Part shown: one piece after another, positions 59,600-64,000 of the stretch | Numbering within the stretch: the stretch's first letter is position 1 | Layout: the number at the start of each line of letters is the position of its first letter | Assembly (NCBI GenBank): GCA_022605425.2 | Contig: JAKIMF020000011.1 | Coordinates: 744,001-808,000, forward strand | Length of the DNA stretch: 64,000 nt | DNA from: Hamiltosporidium tvaerminnensis FI-OER-3-3 | Lineage: Eukaryota; Fungi; Microsporidia | Reading direction: 5' to 3' | Position numbers and translations under genes: made by a program | Notes under the pieces: generated by a model | What the model was told of the DNA's origin: nothing | Databases searched by the model: none | What the model saw: only the letters and a program-made list of their open reading frames with translations

Positions 59600-62500
59600 G
59601 CTTTGCACTATAACCAGATATTTCAAATGCTGAATCTTAAGTTTGTCTTGATTTTCCAATTTTTATAAGCTAACATAGTTTTTCGGTATTCTACAGACAT
59701 TTTCCAATTTATAATTCAAACAGCATCATTTTTCTTTATTTTGCTTTCTGAAACAATTTCAAAGGCATGTAATGCTAGAGCTCGAGACCTTGGATATTTC
59801 AATATCATTTTTGTATTTTTTATAAATTTAAAGAATTTATTTCCGATTATTTCTTGATAACCAATGTTCAATTCTATTTTAAAAAGTTATTTAAACTATT
59901 ATCAATGTAATTTAGGTTTTAGATCATTTTTAAATTTATAATACCTGCTATTTGGTTAAATTTTTTTTTTGAAACTGAATCAAAATGCTACAAATGTTTA
60001 TCATTGCTTTAGCAATTAACACAAATCGAATTTTTAAGTTCATGTTTACATCTATACAGATCAACCTCATATTTGCTGAAGATGCCCATTATTTAAAAAT
60101 ACTGTTATAATCCACATAATATATTTAAAAAAAAACAGTATTTAAATTAAAGTATTCATTGAAGGTATGTTAATTCAACATATTCTATTCCGATAGAATT
60201 ACCTATGTTTTTTTGCGCTAAAATTGTTTGATAAAAATTTTCAATTTTAACTAGAAGCTTTTTGTCTGCCACCATAATTGAGAAAATTTAAAATTTTTTG
60301 CAATCTTATACTATTACTAAGTATTTCTAGCGCCAAATTTCTTTTCGATTGAAAGTATTGCTTTTAAGCAACATATCCTTGTGGCTGATTTTTATTTTTT
60401 TTAATTCACAGGTATAATTTAGACGAAATATAATTCCAAAATTTCCCAAAAGACTATAGATTTACATTGACTTAAAATTAAATATTAGAGGTAATAGAAA
60501 AATGGTTTATATTGCAAAAACTTTTCTGTTTGTATTAGTTTGTTTTTATATTTCTTGTTAGGCGGGTTATTCAAAAAATTGATATACAATAGAACAATTG
60601 AAAGTGGGATATTAGTAAAATTGTTTTAAAATATTCTTTTACAGTTCTTATTTGCACATTGATCTATTAATATTCCATTTTATATAGCTGATGAAACAAA
60701 TTTCATAGATAGCCAGAATGATCAATTTTCACTTCTCGTTATAAAAGAATCAAGATTTAAAAAAATATTTTTGATGCCAGTTGGTTCATGTTATGTCTTT
60801 TCTCATTCGTTTGTAACCATAACATTAAGAGCCTGGTTTTTTTTTATATATATCTCACTACTTTTGGCTGATTCCCCGTAGAAAATCTATATTCGTTCTC
60901 TATGATCTAATCGAACTTGTAAAATACCTTTTGCAAATTTTGAAAAACCTGTTATAAAATGCAATCTTTCTTTATCAATATGTTTCTCTAATCCGATCTT
61001 TGAAATCAGGTATCTAAATTCAAAGTAAAATGAATTAGCATAAGGTTTTAGGCCATAATATATGCATTTACTAATATTATAAATATATAAACAGCGTGGG
61101 TTCTTTTAAAACAAGAAATCTATTATTTCAAGCAGTTTTAAGCTCTAAAGGCTAACATATAATTCTTATAAATTTATCTATGAATATAAATAATTCGAGA
61201 TACCCGAAAAAAATCATCTGGTATTCATCATACTCAGATATTGCAGGTTATTTTTACATAGTAGTCTTATAGTGTTTTCTCGAATAACTTTGTTTGAATC
61301 AATTCCTTCTTAAACTAGAGAAATAGAGTTTCTGAAATAGTACAAATAAAGTTTGGGTTTTATAGATATTTCGTTCTTTTATTCCCAGTAAGCTTCTATA
61401 CTAATATTAATAGATTAGGAATTTCTTACCTAACACTGGCTAAAAAACACTTTTTCGGTTGGCTTTGAATTAAAAAAATCAGTTTTGATTATAAGCTTTT
61501 GTTACAGAAGGAAAGATTTTTACATATTCAAGGGCCTTTTGATAGACACCCCTGCAAATTAATTTGCTCTTTCTATGTTTTACTATAAGGAAAATCCGGA
61601 TTTCATTTTACAGGTTTCATTAGCGTAAAATACTCGTTCAATTCGTTTGAGTCGCAATGTGTATAAAATTTTCTGCCGTAAAGCAGAATAATATTAGAAT
61701 ATATAGTATTAGACCATAATATTAACTTTTAAATTTTTAACTTGGAGTTCTCAACGAATGATACCCTGTTTTTTCGGTTTCATCTCTTATTTTTTTTCAA
61801 TCTTAAAGTATATATCTTCATAAGTTAAATATTGGCTGATGTCGATCTAAAAACAATAGATCGGTTAGAAATGTAACGATTCGACTCTTCGTTCCATCAT
61901 ATTCAGGTCTATCAGTATCTACCACCCCATTTGTAACCAAAAATTTTAGCTTATCGAAAGTAACGGTACATGAAAATTTTATAAAGTACTAACGAAGCCT
62001 ATCCGTGCTTATTTGACGTTATTTCAAATATTTTTTATTTTGCAAAAAAAATAAGTTGAGATTATTGTAGCTAGAATTTGAATAGATTTGAGTATGACTA
62101 GTGGTGTTTTGATCTGTTTGTATAAAAATGTATTATATAAATTTTAAAAGCTATCTAAGGCTTCTTCACATGCAGATATACATCACCGAAAGAAAGGCGG
62201 TGTGTTGAGACCGAAAAAATTCTTTACATACAAGTATAATGTTCAGGTTTTTTCTCCTTGGGCTTTGTTTTTTGATAATTAAATAATGAAGGGGATAGGT
62301 TTCTAGTAATCTTTTAAGTTCTTTTTCACGCAATAATATCCATATTTATACATTTAGAATTGATTCAGGTTTTTCTATAATTAAAATATTTAATGGTGAG
62401 AATAAACATTTTTTAATCATGCACATTATGTTACGTAATTTCATGACTCTTTCACTTTCCTCGTAATAGCTCGAGTCTTATTAACGTCCTTCGTCATTTC

Positions 62501-63300
62501 TTTATGGTTCTTCATAAAAATTAATAATTCAGCTATGGGTCTATTCTTCGTTCAGTTTTGCTTGCTTGAAATATGGTTTTGTAGCCAGATTGTTCGCCTT
62601 TATTGAATATTTCCAATTTAAAAGAATATAGACCATAAGATAGTAGACAAGCACGATTTATACAGTTTTACAAATCTAATAACAAAAAGTAGTATTAATC
62701 ATAAATCAACCATAGTGCCATAAATATTCTGTAAATTGTTCGGGTTTGGTTAACGGTATGCAAAAATCAAAGCTTCGGGTGGTTTTAAAATCAGTAAATA
62801 AAGAAAGATTTAGAACAAATTAATCATATTTTCAGCATGTTATAATGCAGCTTCTAGATAAATAACTAGACTATGCAAGGAAAGTCTTCTGCGTTTCCAA
62901 GGAATTTATTATAATAATAGTTCCCTTAAATATATTTATGGAAGACTATGGCCTTTTTCTACTGCAATTTGTATAATAAATGCTTTAACTCAGTATCACT
63001 AAATATAAATATCATGTTTATTGCATAGCTCGCTCCTTTCCTACGGATGGAACACAATGCAACGATAAATCAAAGCTTCGCCAGATTCTAGGCTTTCCAA
63101 AGAAATTTTCTTTAGATTGGTTAGGTTGTCAGCCTCACGCAAACATTCCAAACGAAAGATACAGTGTGCACATAACCAGGATCAAACATGGTTTTTCGGA
63201 AGCAAATTCCGATATTCCCACCACTAGATCATTGGCATATAAACATCATATCTTTGCACAAAGGTAGCACATGTTATATTTTGAAATAGCATTGATGCTT
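59600..63300 (-). mobile_element. Probable highly decayed Ty3/gypsy LTR-retrotransposon remnant
   Basis: Short minus-strand fragments in gag-RT-RNaseH-IN order: CYLC (about 63265), HTAFL (about 62200), KLKFL (about 61945), LIIKTD (about 61490), VDY..KW (about 60110), AY..SAFEI.G (about 59650). Each is weak; no LTRs located. Confidence 0.35.
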
Positions 63301-64000
63301 TTCTTTGTTTTACATACCTAACTTTCGAAGAACTGTATCGACATCGTTTGAATCCGAAAGCCCAATTCTTTTCATAAAAACCATGTCTAGAATCCAAAAA
63401 ATAACCCGCACAGTATTCGTTTGTTTCTACTAACCCCTAGAGCATTTCAGGGCTAAACACATCTTCTTATTTTAGGCTTCAGCAGCATCTCTATTTAACC
63501 AAAAATTTTGCAACCCTACTATTTTCTCACACATAAAGGTGTTCTTCTCAGAAGTTCAATTCTATTATTAATGTTATGACTAAGGTTTCCTCTCCTAGCT
63601 GTTTAAAGAGTGTTTTTTGTTTTTGTACTCTTTTAATGCTAAATCGTTTGCCCCTTGTTATACAAAATAGATTTGCACGCTTTTACCCGACAAATATTAA
63701 CATTTTCAACCGTTGATTAAATAAAGATTATAAAAAACTGCGAAATATTAATTTAGAAAAATATTTATTATTTTTAGACCTCTAACTTCACATATAAATC
63801 TCCGCAGGAAATAAAATGCAGAGTTTTTTTCATCAGACCCAAAATTTGAACACGTAAGATTCACTTTAATTTTTTGAAATTTCTTCTCGAAAATATATTT
63901 TTCGATTTGGTTATCTCTTTTCGATCAATTGTCCGAAATAAATCTCGAATTTAGGAGATTTGTGCCTTTTCAAGGTAGAATGAGCTAATGAAATATAATT

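Overview
Very AT-rich, gene-sparse eukaryotic DNA. Compact intronless genes, a CCC/GGG motif just upstream of most ATGs, secreted ricin-B-lectin-like and LRR-like families and a heavy transposon load point to a large-genome microsporidian (Hamiltosporidium-like; this is inference). Recognisable genes: an Upf1/Hcs1-like SF1 helicase, Erv26/Svp26, NAD(P)HX epimerase, a PH-domain protein, an ABCG half-transporter, a tail-anchored SNARE-like protein, two LRR-like genes (one with a single premature stop), two ricin-B-lectin-like genes (one frameshifted) and a 56-aa ORF missing from the ORF track. Mobile DNA: a decayed Helitron with both termini plus a short derivative, three 5'-truncated R4/Dong-type RT-RLE retrotransposon pieces, a hAT/Buster MITE, an RTE-type non-autonomous element and a probable very old Ty3/gypsy remnant. 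The most unusual signal is a dispersed non-coding repeat of about 700 nt (family A: 3 near-full copies and 1 partial). By hand it folds into many stems including at least two pseudoknots, with compensatory changes between copies. A sister family B shares its 5' module. All alignments and foldings were done by eye.
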